From NCBI GenBank assembly GCA_028277395.1, contig JANQGJ010000046.1:1-32000 (forward strand): a stretch of DNA of 32,000 nt. Direction: 5' to 3'. The notes under the pieces were generated by a model. The model worked only from the letters and a program-made list of their open reading frames with translations, searched no databases and had not been told where the DNA came from. Source of the DNA: Bacteroidales bacterium (GTDB taxonomy: Bacteria > Bacteroidota > Bacteroidia > Bacteroidales > F082). Positions 1-8,681 of this stretch are shown here, in pieces; the stretch's first letter is position 1, and each line of letters opens with the position of its first letter. The position numbers were made by a program, and so were the translations under genes.

Positions 1-31
1 AAGAGTTCAATCAGTTAGTAAAATTAGTCGA

Positions 32-1114
32 ATGGCAGATTCAAATACACTTATTTTCATTCCCGATATTTCGGGGTTTAGTGAATTCGTAAATTCAACT
101 GAAATAAAACACAGCCGGCATATTATTTCCGAACTTCTGGAAATAATCGTCAATTCTGATGAGTTGGGGATGACGGTTTCTGAAGTAGAAGGAGATGCAG
201 TATTATTTTATAAAGATGAAGTTCCCGAAGTATTGAAGCTTATTGAACAATGTAAAATAACATTTACAAACTTTCATGATCATCTGAAGCTATATGATAC
301 AGAACGAATATGCCGTTGTGGTGCCTGTGAAACAGCATCAAAACTTACTCTGAAGTTTATTATTCATGCCGGAGAGGTGGAGAAAATTCAGATCAGAGAT
401 CATCAAAAATTACATGGCCCATGTTTGATTGTTGCGCACAGATTATTAAAGAATTCAATTATTGAAAACGAATATGTCCTGCTTACTGATTCATTAGGAT
501 TTGATGATGATTTGATCGGCCAGGGAACAGATTCCAAAATCAGCCTGAATCGTGGTTCTGATTCCTATGATGGTCAACCGGATATAGATTACAGTTATTT
601 TTCATTGGAGTATCATAAATCACAAATGGAGCAGGTTTCCGGTATATCACTTCCAGGGTTAAGTAATGAAAAAATCACTATAGAAAACTCAATTAATGCT
701 CCGGTTGATTTGGTTTACGAGAATTTTACAAATTTCGAAAAGCGTCTCCAATGGTTTGAAGAATTAAAGGATACTATTCTGAGAGGCAATAGTTTAAATA
801 AAAAAGGCTCACTGCATACCTGTTTGGTTGGAAATTATACACTTGATATAGAGTCGCTTGGGCGAATAGAGAACGATGATAGGATCAAATATGGTGAACG
901 TTTGAACAAATTCAGAGGATTACGTGATGTAATTAGCATTTATACTTTCAGTAAACATGGCAACACAACAAAAATTAGAGTTGATATAGATTTTAAAATT
1001 AAATCATTTGTGGGAAGGATCTTTAAACCAATGGTTAAAAATATGTTGCATAAGCAGACAACTGAAGCACTGAATAAACTTAAGTTGGTTTGTGAAGCTG
1101 AGTGTGAGGAATAA
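32..1114 (+). CDS. DUF2652-like protein (nucleotidyl-cyclase-like N-terminal domain, SRPBCC/START-like C-terminal domain)
   Basis: 360-aa ORF. The N-terminus (LIFIPDISGFSEFV, then EVEGDAVLFY) matches my recollection of DUF2652. It also resembles the two metal-binding Asp motifs of class III nucleotidyl cyclases (FxDIxGF[ST] and GDA). The SRPBCC-like assignment of the C-terminal ~140 aa is by eye and weaker. Confidence 0.7.
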   Translation: MADSNTLIFIPDISGFSEFVNSTEIKHSRHIISELLEIIVNSDELGMTVSEVEGDAVLFYKDEVPEVLKLIEQCKITFTNFHDHLKLYDTERICRCGACETASKLTLKFIIHAGEVEKIQIRDHQKLHGPCLIVAHRLLKNSIIENEYVLLTDSLGFDDDLIGQGTDSKISLNRGSDSYDGQPDIDYSYFSLEYHKSQMEQVSGISLPGLSNEKITIENSINAPVDLVYENFTNFEKRLQWFEELKDTILRGNSLNKKGSLHTCLVGNYTLDIESLGRIENDDRIKYGERLNKFRGLRDVISIYTFSKHGNTTKIRVDIDFKIKSFVGRIFKPMVKNMLHKQTTEALNKLKLVCEAECEE

Positions 1115-1232
1115 AAACGAAGTTAAACGAATTATCTGCTATTATTATTTGACCTTTTGTTTCTGCATACGCCTGATATACAGAACAGTTGCCCATCTAT
1201 ACTTCAGTTAATTTAAGATCATTGAAGTAAAC

Positions 1233-1967
1233 TTATATTGTTATATTCAACTCTTTATCCCTTACACTTTTGAAATAGAATCCCAGGCTAAATACCGCAA
1301 GGGCACTGGTCATATGCCAGATGAAATGAGTACCCTGAGGCAGAGTTTCAGGAAAAGGGTTCGGGGTAGGGTAGTCCAGACTTCTGAAAACCAGTGCAAT
1401 TCCCAGAAAAACAAAAGTTAGTACCAGCAAATGCCATTTGAAGAATCGGGTTTTAAAAAGATAGATAGACGATGGAATAAGTAATGATAATCCTATCAGC
1501 AGATAACCTATATTTGCTACAGAGTCTCCAAGAATCGGAACAAAAAGTCCCATTGCAATAAATGCAGTTGTAATAAATCCGACTACAACCAAAGCTGAGA
1601 TAAACGGTCTTCGCAATACCTTGTTCCATAAATACCAGTTTAAAAGCAGGTTCATGATGAAAGCAGGTAACCAGTCGAGCAATAATGCAAACTCTGAAGA
1701 TCTTAATGCATGATAAACAGCTGAACCTACACCATTCAGAAATAACAGTGGCAGAAATAAGCTTATCATAGGATAGGTAAGATATTGTCCCCTCAGTTTC
1801 CATAACCAGAAGAAAACGGGAACAAGGAAGAAAAGTGAAGAGGCTGCATTCCAGGGTTCACGGATAATAGAATCAAAATGGAACTCATGATATATTGGCC
1901 CTGAGTCAGATATGTAATCCTGCGGATTTAATTCCATTAATCCGGAGTTAAAAAGGAATTCTACCAT
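1233..1967 (-). CDS. Multi-pass membrane protein, alkaline-ceramidase-like (CREST superfamily) putative hydrolase
   Basis: 244-aa ORF with about 7 hydrophobic segments. Ceramidase-like motifs: REPWNAASS near the first TM, YHALRS, LDWLP, and an H-x3-H motif (HFIWH) near the C-terminus. It starts 14 nt downstream of the AraC gene on the same strand. Confidence 0.55.
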   Translation of the reverse strand: MVEFLFNSGLMELNPQDYISDSGPIYHEFHFDSIIREPWNAASSLFFLVPVFFWLWKLRGQYLTYPMISLFLPLLFLNGVGSAVYHALRSSEFALLLDWLPAFIMNLLLNWYLWNKVLRRPFISALVVVGFITTAFIAMGLFVPILGDSVANIGYLLIGLSLLIPSSIYLFKTRFFKWHLLVLTFVFLGIALVFRSLDYPTPNPFPETLPQGTHFIWHMTSALAVFSLGFYFKSVRDKELNITI

Positions 1968-1981
1968 AATGTTTTGTTCTG

Positions 1982-2890
1982 TTAGTTCATATTTCTATAT
2001 GCTGCCGGACTTATTCCTACTTTCTTTTTAAAAATCTTGCTGAAATGCTGAGGATATTCGAATCCAAGTCCATAAGCAATTTGTGCAATTGATTCACCTG
2101 AGTTGAGCAATCGAGTTTTAGCTTTTTCAATAACCAATAAATGAATATGTTCCTGTGCATTACGCCCAGTTTCTTTTTTAAGCAAATCGCTTAGATAATT
2201 TGATGACATATTCAGTTTCTCACCGCAATAACTTACGGATGGTAAACCTTTTAATAATTGATCTTCCGATTTGTAGTAATTTTTAAGAAGATTTTCAAAT
2301 CGTGATACCAGATCCTTATTAATATTGGTTCGTGTATAAAACTGACGATCATAGTATCGTGTACAATAGTCCAGTAATATTTCAATATTTGCTATGATAA
2401 GTTTCTGACTATGCTTATCTATATTCAGGCTGTATTCTTTAACAATTTTATCTCTGATATCACGTATTGTGGCTTTTTCGTCATCGGAAATATGAAGAGC
2501 TTCATTTACATCGTATGAGAAAAATGAATACTGATCAATATGTTTACCCAGTTCTGATTTTCGAATCAGGTCAGGATGAAATAATATTGACCATCCACTG
2601 GTAGCCTCATGATCCTCCCATTCAGGAACAGTAATCACCTGACCAGGTTGGGTAAATAGCAGGGTGCCCTCCTGGAAATCATAAGTATTCCTTCCATAGT
2701 TAAAAGATCCTGTTTTGCAATCCTTATACATTATCTGATACAGATCTATTGATATGGTTTTGCCGGTAAGTTCCGGGTTTTGAACTATTTCATTATGCCT
2801 GTACACAGTAACCAAAGGGTGTTTTGGTTTCTTCAGCCCAAACATCTCATGGGCTTTAGATACTGTTTTAACTTCAATAATATCTTTCAT
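1982..2890 (-). CDS. AraC family transcriptional regulator
   Basis: 302-aa ORF. The C-terminal AraC-type double HTH reads ...NYLSDLLKKETGRNAQEHIHLLVIEKAKTRLLNSGESIAQIAYGLGFEYPQHFSKIFKKKVGISPAAYR. The N-terminal effector-like domain is typical of Bacteroidota AraC regulators found next to oxidoreductase genes. Confidence 0.9.
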   Translation of the reverse strand: MKDIIEVKTVSKAHEMFGLKKPKHPLVTVYRHNEIVQNPELTGKTISIDLYQIMYKDCKTGSFNYGRNTYDFQEGTLLFTQPGQVITVPEWEDHEATSGWSILFHPDLIRKSELGKHIDQYSFFSYDVNEALHISDDEKATIRDIRDKIVKEYSLNIDKHSQKLIIANIEILLDYCTRYYDRQFYTRTNINKDLVSRFENLLKNYYKSEDQLLKGLPSVSYCGEKLNMSSNYLSDLLKKETGRNAQEHIHLLVIEKAKTRLLNSGESIAQIAYGLGFEYPQHFSKIFKKKVGISPAAYRNMN

Positions 2891-2938
2891 TTATTAAATC
2901 TCGAACTTTAAAAATAAATAATTTACTGATAGCTTACA

Positions 2939-3769
2939 TTAACGACCAAGTCTGTTAACCTGTATCATTATTAATCTATCGAATAACCTATCACTAAACC
3001 ACCTCCTCATAAAAAGAATGGGTTTTGCCATTTTGCCTGCAGAATATCTTGTTTTTGGGTTTTTACTGGATATAGCTCTGGAGATTGTTTTTGCAATAAT
3101 ATCAGGTGAAGTTGAGGGTGAACCATCATATACGCCTTTATTTGCTTCAATAATGGCTTTGCACAGTTTCTCGTAAGCACCGTCTTTCGACCGGTCGATC
3201 ATAGGTTTGTTCATAACGTTACTAAACTCGGTTTGTATTGCACCAGGTTCAATTATACTTACTTTAATTCCAAATTGCTTTGTTTCCAGTCGCAAGCAAT
3301 CACTCCATCCTTCCAGTGCATGTTTCGAGGCATGATACCACCCGCCAAGTGCCATATATATTTTGCCTCCGATTGAACTAACATTGATGATATGTCCTGA
3401 TTTCTGAGCCCTCATGTATGGTAATACCTTTTGAGTAAGGTATCCCAGTCCGAACAGATTCACATCAAACTGCCGTTTTGCATCTTCCATTGATACATCC
3501 TCAATAGCTCCGTAAACAGAATATCCTGCATTATTTATCAATACATCAATGCGACCCTGTTCTTCAATAATTTTATTGACAACATTTTCAATATCATCCT
3601 GCTTTGTTATATCAAGTGGAATAGTATGACCACCAATCTTAGTAAGTCCTTCCATTTTATCTATACGACGGGCTGCACCATAAACTATATGTCCTTCGCC
3701 AATTAAGCGAATTGCGGTTGCATTTCCAATTCCTGCCGAAGCACCTGTAAGTAATATTACCTTTTTCAT
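2939..3769 (-). CDS. SDR family oxidoreductase (classical short-chain dehydrogenase/reductase)
   Basis: 276-aa ORF with a TGASAGIG cofactor-binding motif, NNAG, and the catalytic YHASK (YxxxK) motif. Confidence 0.9.
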   Translation of the reverse strand: MKKVILLTGASAGIGNATAIRLIGEGHIVYGAARRIDKMEGLTKIGGHTIPLDITKQDDIENVVNKIIEEQGRIDVLINNAGYSVYGAIEDVSMEDAKRQFDVNLFGLGYLTQKVLPYMRAQKSGHIINVSSIGGKIYMALGGWYHASKHALEGWSDCLRLETKQFGIKVSIIEPGAIQTEFSNVMNKPMIDRSKDGAYEKLCKAIIEANKGVYDGSPSTSPDIIAKTISRAISSKNPKTRYSAGKMAKPILFMRRWFSDRLFDRLIMIQVNRLGR

Positions 3770-3787
3770 AGCTTAAGTTTTTAAAGA

Positions 3788-3795
3788 CAAACATA
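3788..3795 (-). promoter_or_regulatory. Bacteroidota-type -7 promoter box (TAtgTTTG) for SDR gene 2939..3769
   Basis: The minus strand reads TATGTTTG, matching the TAnnTTTG consensus, 18 nt upstream of the ATG. The spacing to the upstream operator block is the same as at the second SDR gene. Confidence 0.45.
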
Positions 3796-3813
3796 TTGCT
3801 TATATAAGAATCT

Positions 3814-3854
3814 AATGTATATGAATTACAGTTTATCTAATACATATTACCGTT
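3814..3854 (-). promoter_or_regulatory. Putative transcription-factor operator (two AACnGTAAT direct repeats, 21-nt period), copy A
   Basis: The minus strand reads AACGGTAATatgtattagataAACTGTAATtcatatacatt. It shares 32 of 41 positions with 6034..6074, and both blocks lie 19 nt upstream of their -7 box. Confidence 0.5.
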
Positions 3855-3951
3855 AATATTATAGATGAGGGTGACAGGTTTAATTTTTATTGATCTGTCT
3901 GTAATATTTTTTAAATTGTAGCTACTAATGGTATAATCAATAAATATATGA

Positions 3952-4449
3952 ATGTTGGATAACAAAAAAGATGAATATGTAATGCTTATACAAAAGCATA
4001 GTGGAATAATTCACAAGGTTATTGGGCTGTATATTGATAATGTGGAGGATAGAAAAGATCTGTACCAGGAAATATTATTGCAGGTGTGGAAATCACTATC
4101 TGATTTCAGGGGCAATTCCTCATTCTCCACTTGGCTTTACAAAGTGTCTCTTTACACTGTTCTAACCTTCAACAAGAAAAGAAAAAACACTCATATAACA
4201 GAGGAAATAAAAGATGCTGATAATATTACAGGAGGAGATGAAGATTATGAAATACTATATCGTATTGTTAAATCACTGGATGAAATTGACAGGATGATGG
4301 TAACACTTCACCTTGAAGGTTATAAAAACAAAGAAATTGCAGAAATTACAGGAATTACACAGAATCATATAAATGTAAAGATTCACCGTATTAAAAAAAT
4401 AATTAAGGATAAATTTAAACTTATAAACGATGGTCAACCTGGAAAATAG
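3952..4449 (+). CDS. RNA polymerase ECF-type sigma-70 family factor
   Basis: 165-aa ORF. Region 2-like sequence: DLYQEILLQVWKSLSDFRGNSSFSTWLYKVSLYTVL. Region 4 HTH: NKEIAEITGITQNHINVKIHRIKKIIKDKF. Confidence 0.85.
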   Translation: MLDNKKDEYVMLIQKHSGIIHKVIGLYIDNVEDRKDLYQEILLQVWKSLSDFRGNSSFSTWLYKVSLYTVLTFNKKRKNTHITEEIKDADNITGGDEDYEILYRIVKSLDEIDRMMVTLHLEGYKNKEIAEITGITQNHINVKIHRIKKIIKDKFKLINDGQPGK

Positions 4450-5071
4450 CGAAAAAAAAATAGCCCTGGCCTGGCAAAAACTGGCCGAGAATAAATTTAT
4501 GCATTCAACCATTAAAAAAGATACTATTATGACAGCAATAATCAAAGATTCGATATCCAGTGTAACAGAACTTAAAAACAGGTTAAAGTATAAGCTATAC
4601 TGGTCAGTTTTTTTCGTTGTTTTGTTTTCAGTCATTTTATTGTTTAACCTCGACTCAACGGATATGATATTGTTACTGAGTATTATCGTGGCTACTGATT
4701 TAACAGGGTTTATATCAATGTTCTACTGGTACAATAAAATAAATGAGATACCACTGAATGATTCAACCTTATTACAATCGCTAAAGGAAAATTTAAAAAT
4801 GATCAAGTTAGTTTTGAATATTGAGAAGGTATGGGGGACTGTCTTTTTCACTCCTGCTATTATTATTGGCATCTTTGCAGGCTTGGTTTATAATGGAAGG
4901 ACACTTAACGACATTATCACAGATCCTGTAGTTCTTGGAATAGGTCTGATAGCTGCTATTATAGTAACACCATTTCTGATATGGTCTTCCAATAAAATGA
5001 AAAACTATGCTTTTGGTGGACTATTAAAAAAACTGGATGAGAATATTACCAGGATGGAAACTCTGTCATAG
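4430..5071 (+). CDS. Four-TM membrane protein, putative non-canonical anti-sigma partner
   Basis: 213-aa ORF whose ATG (4430) overlaps the sigma gene stop (4447-4449) by 20 nt. It has a ~55-aa soluble N-terminus followed by 4 hydrophobic helices, and no zf-HC2 motif. An alternative start is M24 at 4499. Confidence 0.5.
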   Translation: MVNLENSEKKIALAWQKLAENKFMHSTIKKDTIMTAIIKDSISSVTELKNRLKYKLYWSVFFVVLFSVILLFNLDSTDMILLLSIIVATDLTGFISMFYWYNKINEIPLNDSTLLQSLKENLKMIKLVLNIEKVWGTVFFTPAIIIGIFAGLVYNGRTLNDIITDPVVLGIGLIAAIIVTPFLIWSSNKMKNYAFGGLLKKLDENITRMETLS

Positions 5072-5087
5072 TGAAGTAAAAATTCAT

Positions 5088-5138
5088 AAAACAGGGTCTG
5101 TTATTAACGTGAATTTTTCAGTAACAGACCTTGTTTTT
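5088..5138. terminator. Bidirectional intrinsic terminator between convergent genes
   Basis: AAAACAGGGTCTGTTA (5088-5103) pairs with TAACAGACCTTGTTTT (5122-5137), giving a 16-bp stem with one G-U/mismatch and an 18-nt loop. T-runs follow on both strands. It lies between the stop at 5071 (+) and the stop at 5157 (-). Confidence 0.6.
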
Positions 5139-5156
5139 GATATAAATAACCTTTGA

Positions 5157-5981
5157 TTAAATACCGAATTGTTGTTTAATTCCTGCAATATAATCCTCAT
5201 CCGTATTCTCAGATTTAGCCGCAAGAATCATTTCAGCATCATAACCGGCTATGTATCTGATCTGATTTGTTCCATCAGTTGCTGCTCTGAAAATTACTTC
5301 AGCACATACAGACGCCGGAGCAACCCGTCCTTCTTCACTCATAATATCTCCCCATGTTTTGAACATAGCCTGAACCATTGGTTGGTATTCAGCTACTTCC
5401 TGATCGTTTTGAAAATCAAAAGACCGACCTCCAAAATCAGTAGCAATACTGCCTGGTTCAACAATTTTTGCTTTCACACCAATCGCATCCATCTCATAAA
5501 CAAGAGCTTCGGTAATTCCTTCAACAGCGAACTTTGTGCCATGGTATAGAGCTCCGAACGGGAAGGTTACTTTTCCTCCAACTGATGAAATATTAATGAT
5601 TACTCCTTCTTTGTTATTACGAAAATGAGGAATTATTGCTTTAGTTACATCCAGCAACCCGATTACATTGGTGTTAAATTGCCTGATAATATTTTCCCGT
5701 GGAAAGGTTTCAAGAGGGCCATAAGCTCCATAACCGGCATTATTCACAATTACGTCAATTTTACCAAAGGTTGATATTCCTTTAGAAATAGCATTGTTTA
5801 TCGAATTCAAATCAGTAACATCCAGTTTAACTACAAGAATGTTATCCAGTTGATTAAATTCTTTTTCTTTTTCAGGTGTTCGCATTGTTGCGATTACATT
5901 CCACCCCTGTTCGTGAAAATAAATAGCAGTAGCCCGTCCTATTCCGGTACTGGCACCTGTTATTAAAACTGTTTTTTGCAT
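5157..5981 (-). CDS. SDR family oxidoreductase (second, divergent paralogue)
   Basis: 274-aa ORF with TGASTGIG, NNAG and YHGTK (YxxxK) motifs. It aligns along its full length with the 2939..3769 product at only moderate identity, judged by eye. Confidence 0.9.
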   Translation of the reverse strand: MQKTVLITGASTGIGRATAIYFHEQGWNVIATMRTPEKEKEFNQLDNILVVKLDVTDLNSINNAISKGISTFGKIDVIVNNAGYGAYGPLETFPRENIIRQFNTNVIGLLDVTKAIIPHFRNNKEGVIINISSVGGKVTFPFGALYHGTKFAVEGITEALVYEMDAIGVKAKIVEPGSIATDFGGRSFDFQNDQEVAEYQPMVQAMFKTWGDIMSEEGRVAPASVCAEVIFRAATDGTNQIRYIAGYDAEMILAAKSENTDEDYIAGIKQQFGI

Positions 5982-6007
5982 ATCAAAATTTGTTAAAGTT
6001 TATAATG

Positions 6008-6015
6008 CAAATCTA
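6008..6015 (-). promoter_or_regulatory. Bacteroidota-type -7 promoter box (TAgaTTTG) for SDR gene 5157..5981
   Basis: The minus strand reads TAGATTTG, 26 nt upstream of the ATG and 19 nt from operator copy B. This is the same spacing as at copy A. Confidence 0.45.
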
Positions 6016-6033
6016 TGTTGAGTAGTTATTGGG

Positions 6034-6074
6034 AATGTATATATATTACTGTTTAAGTTAAACTTATTACAGTT
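6034..6074 (-). promoter_or_regulatory. Putative transcription-factor operator (two AACnGTAAT direct repeats, 21-nt period), copy B
   Basis: The minus strand reads AACTGTAATaagtttaacttaAACAGTAATatatatacatt, sharing 32 of 41 positions with 3814..3854. Confidence 0.5.
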
Positions 6075-6190
6075 GTTGGGTTGTTTGGTAGTCAGGATGT
6101 GTGTTTTCCTGTAATGTCTTTAGAAGTTTGCTCCTTCAAACCAAAATACTGTTAGAACAATTGGCTAATGACCAAATGATTAATCTCTTA

Positions 6191-6616
6191 TCAATTTACA
6201 TGGACCAGAGTTGATAATATTAGTAATAATGTCAATATTCCTACTATTGTAGTAAAAATTCCGGTAGATTTTGATTTTGTCCATCCCGAAAGAGCAATAA
6301 CTGTTGACAATGATAATATTCCCGTAAGAAAGGTGAAAACACCTATTGTCTTTGGTAGAAAAATATCACTATTATCTATTGTTCCCGGATATCCTGCTGT
6401 TGTCATCATGGAAATCTGTGTCATGGCAAAAACAGTTACCAGAAAACAACCTGCAGCTATTGTAGCAGCTTTTAGGATAACAATTGCAACTTTATTTTTA
6501 GAATTGTAAACCAGTAAATTAGCTGTAACAGCAATGGAAAATCCGCTTAACAATGAACAAATAACAATAAGTTGATTTGCAAGTGCATTCCAATATTCCA
6601 GGGTTATTACATTCAT
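6191..6616 (-). CDS. Small four-TM membrane protein, unknown function
   Basis: 141-aa ORF with four clear hydrophobic helices. I recognised no family motif. Confidence 0.55.
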   Translation of the reverse strand: MNVITLEYWNALANQLIVICSLLSGFSIAVTANLLVYNSKNKVAIVILKAATIAAGCFLVTVFAMTQISMMTTAGYPGTIDNSDIFLPKTIGVFTFLTGILSLSTVIALSGWTKSKSTGIFTTIVGILTLLLILSTLVHVN

Positions 6617-6959
6617 GATTTAATTTTAAAGATTATTATACAACAAATGTCGTTATATTTTGAAAAATTCTGTTAATTAATATGTGATTAAATTCATTGC
6701 TGTTAACAACTACTTATAAATACCTCCAAATAACTATACATTGTAAATCACCGGAGGTTTTCCGATTTCTGTGATTGAGGCAGTAATATCATTTAGGTAA
6801 AACACCTCAAATGCAGGGTTATCATGATTTTTATAAATTTTGGATACCAGTTTACTTTTCTCATAAATCTTCTTCCTGGTCAACAGGTTATCAGAAAAAA
6901 CAACTTTACCTGAGGGTTAAGTTTTATTTTGTTCAGCCATTTTAATCTAAATGATAAAA

Positions 6960-8534
6960 TTATTTGCCAGACATTTTTAGTTTTTTCTTTGCAATTTCAT
7001 CAATATACTCGTAATAATCAGAATCATAAAGGTCTCTGGCTGTACGAAAAAATGATTCAGCTTCTTCAGGATTCCTGTTTTCATAGATAAGACCTAATTG
7101 TAATACCGCTTCTGAAGCAAAATAGTAATTCTCATCACTTCCTTCATTAATCACTTCTCTAAATAAATCAACAGCGGGTAAAGTATCACCTGTCATGGCA
7201 TTGTATTTCCCATTAATCAACATAAAACCAAGATTATACGGAGATTTTGAATCATGCTTCCCCTTATATTTTATATATTCGTTAATGTAGTATTTACATT
7301 TTGATAAATAACCACCATCCAAAGAAAGTCCTGCCTTTAGTAAATTTATATCAGGTAAATAATCCAGTTTACAATCATATATTGCTTCCCTGTCACGTTC
7401 CGTTATTTCATTTCCCGATTCGCATGCCAGTTTTTTGTGATCAAGGAATTTCAATGTATCACCTTTCAGGAAAAATGAAAGTCCTAGTGCGTAATTAATT
7501 TCTTTTAAATATTGTTTTTCTGGTTTGTTAGTAAGATACTTACGGAAGTAATCAATTGCTGACGGATTGAGTTGCTGTAACAGTATTTTACCCATCAGGT
7601 AATAATATCCTCTAAACATAACCTCTGATTCTTCGGGATTGAACGTAGAAATTATTTCAAACGCTTCTTTATTTTTACCTGATCTGTATGCAACATTAGC
7701 GTGAAAGTACTTTATTAACCTGCTATTTGATATGTTTGTATCCATATCAAATATGAAGGAATATGCACGATCAGGGTCTTTGTTTAATTTAAATGCAAGG
7801 ATATTGTAAAGTGCAGCTTCCTGTTTTAAACCGGGAGTTTTGGAATAATAATTATAATAATCATTTAATATGTTATAACCGGTAATTTCATCACCTGTTA
7901 CACCAAATGTTTTTGCAGCCCAACTTACAAAAGGGGGGAGGTTTGAAATTGCAACATTGAATATACCATCAAGTTTATAACTACCCATAAAATCAGGATA
8001 TTCTTTTATGTTTTTATATGTTTTATTGTATGCAGAATAAGCTCTGCGAAGCCCGGTCAGTCTGTCACCATAAATTATGTTAAACATTCCGGTTTGAAGT
8101 TGCATTTCTGAAAGACAAAACAGGTAATAAGGTGAATCTTTAAATTTGTCTTCCATAATATCCATACGATGATTATACTTCTTTACTAGGTCATTGTATC
8201 CTGCCTTCGAATGATTTATAATTAATCTGTAGGAATCGCAGGTATGCGCAAGATAATGAGCATAAAGATTATCAGGATTACTGATTAATTCTTCGTTAAT
8301 TAATGAGTCGGCAGTGTTTAGTTTTAGGTCAATCAATGCTTCCCAGGCATCTGTACAGTTTTGTGAGATATGGTACTGTCCAAATATATTTGGTGTAATT
8401 GACTGAATTAAAAGATAAAGAATCGATAGTCGCAACCACATTTTTTTCTTCCAAAGGTAATTTTTTTTGAGAAAGTAATTTGGAAAGCCAGTTGCAGGCT
8501 TTTGATCATAGGTTCGGTTACCGATTGTCTTCAT
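6960..8534 (-). CDS. Secreted TPR-like repeat protein, unknown function
   Basis: 524-aa ORF, helical-repeat-like and rich in Y, N and K. M32 (ATG at 8441) begins a signal-peptide-like MWLRLSILYLLIQSITPNIFGQ, and a TAccTTTG box lies at 8452-8459. The true start is therefore probably 8441. Confidence 0.65.
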   Translation of the reverse strand: MKTIGNRTYDQKPATGFPNYFLKKNYLWKKKMWLRLSILYLLIQSITPNIFGQYHISQNCTDAWEALIDLKLNTADSLINEELISNPDNLYAHYLAHTCDSYRLIINHSKAGYNDLVKKYNHRMDIMEDKFKDSPYYLFCLSEMQLQTGMFNIIYGDRLTGLRRAYSAYNKTYKNIKEYPDFMGSYKLDGIFNVAISNLPPFVSWAAKTFGVTGDEITGYNILNDYYNYYSKTPGLKQEAALYNILAFKLNKDPDRAYSFIFDMDTNISNSRLIKYFHANVAYRSGKNKEAFEIISTFNPEESEVMFRGYYYLMGKILLQQLNPSAIDYFRKYLTNKPEKQYLKEINYALGLSFFLKGDTLKFLDHKKLACESGNEITERDREAIYDCKLDYLPDINLLKAGLSLDGGYLSKCKYYINEYIKYKGKHDSKSPYNLGFMLINGKYNAMTGDTLPAVDLFREVINEGSDENYYFASEAVLQLGLIYENRNPEEAESFFRTARDLYDSDYYEYIDEIAKKKLKMSGK

Positions 8535-8681
8535 TAACTTGGTAAAGCATTGTTTTTACTTCCATCTGAAATTATCAATCAAGTTATATAAACAATAAAG
8601 CTCCTAAAATAATCCCCAACATCACTAAGTTCCTGGGAGTACTCATGCCTGTTAGTTCATTACAGGGGCTGGGATCAGGAT

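Noticed and set aside
1453-1803. 116-aa ORF inside and co-directional (different frame) with the ceramidase-like membrane gene
   Set aside because: It lies wholly within a longer ORF that has coherent TM-helix structure. Its own translation is low-complexity and Cys/Ile/Tyr-rich, typical of an out-of-frame reading of AT-rich coding DNA.
4273-4635. 120-aa antisense ORF spanning the sigma / membrane-partner junction
   Set aside because: It is antisense to two well-supported genes and has no recognisable motif. It looks like a shadow ORF. The same reasoning applies to 5169..5549, 7301..7498, 9086..9286, 9317..9640 and 9597..9809.
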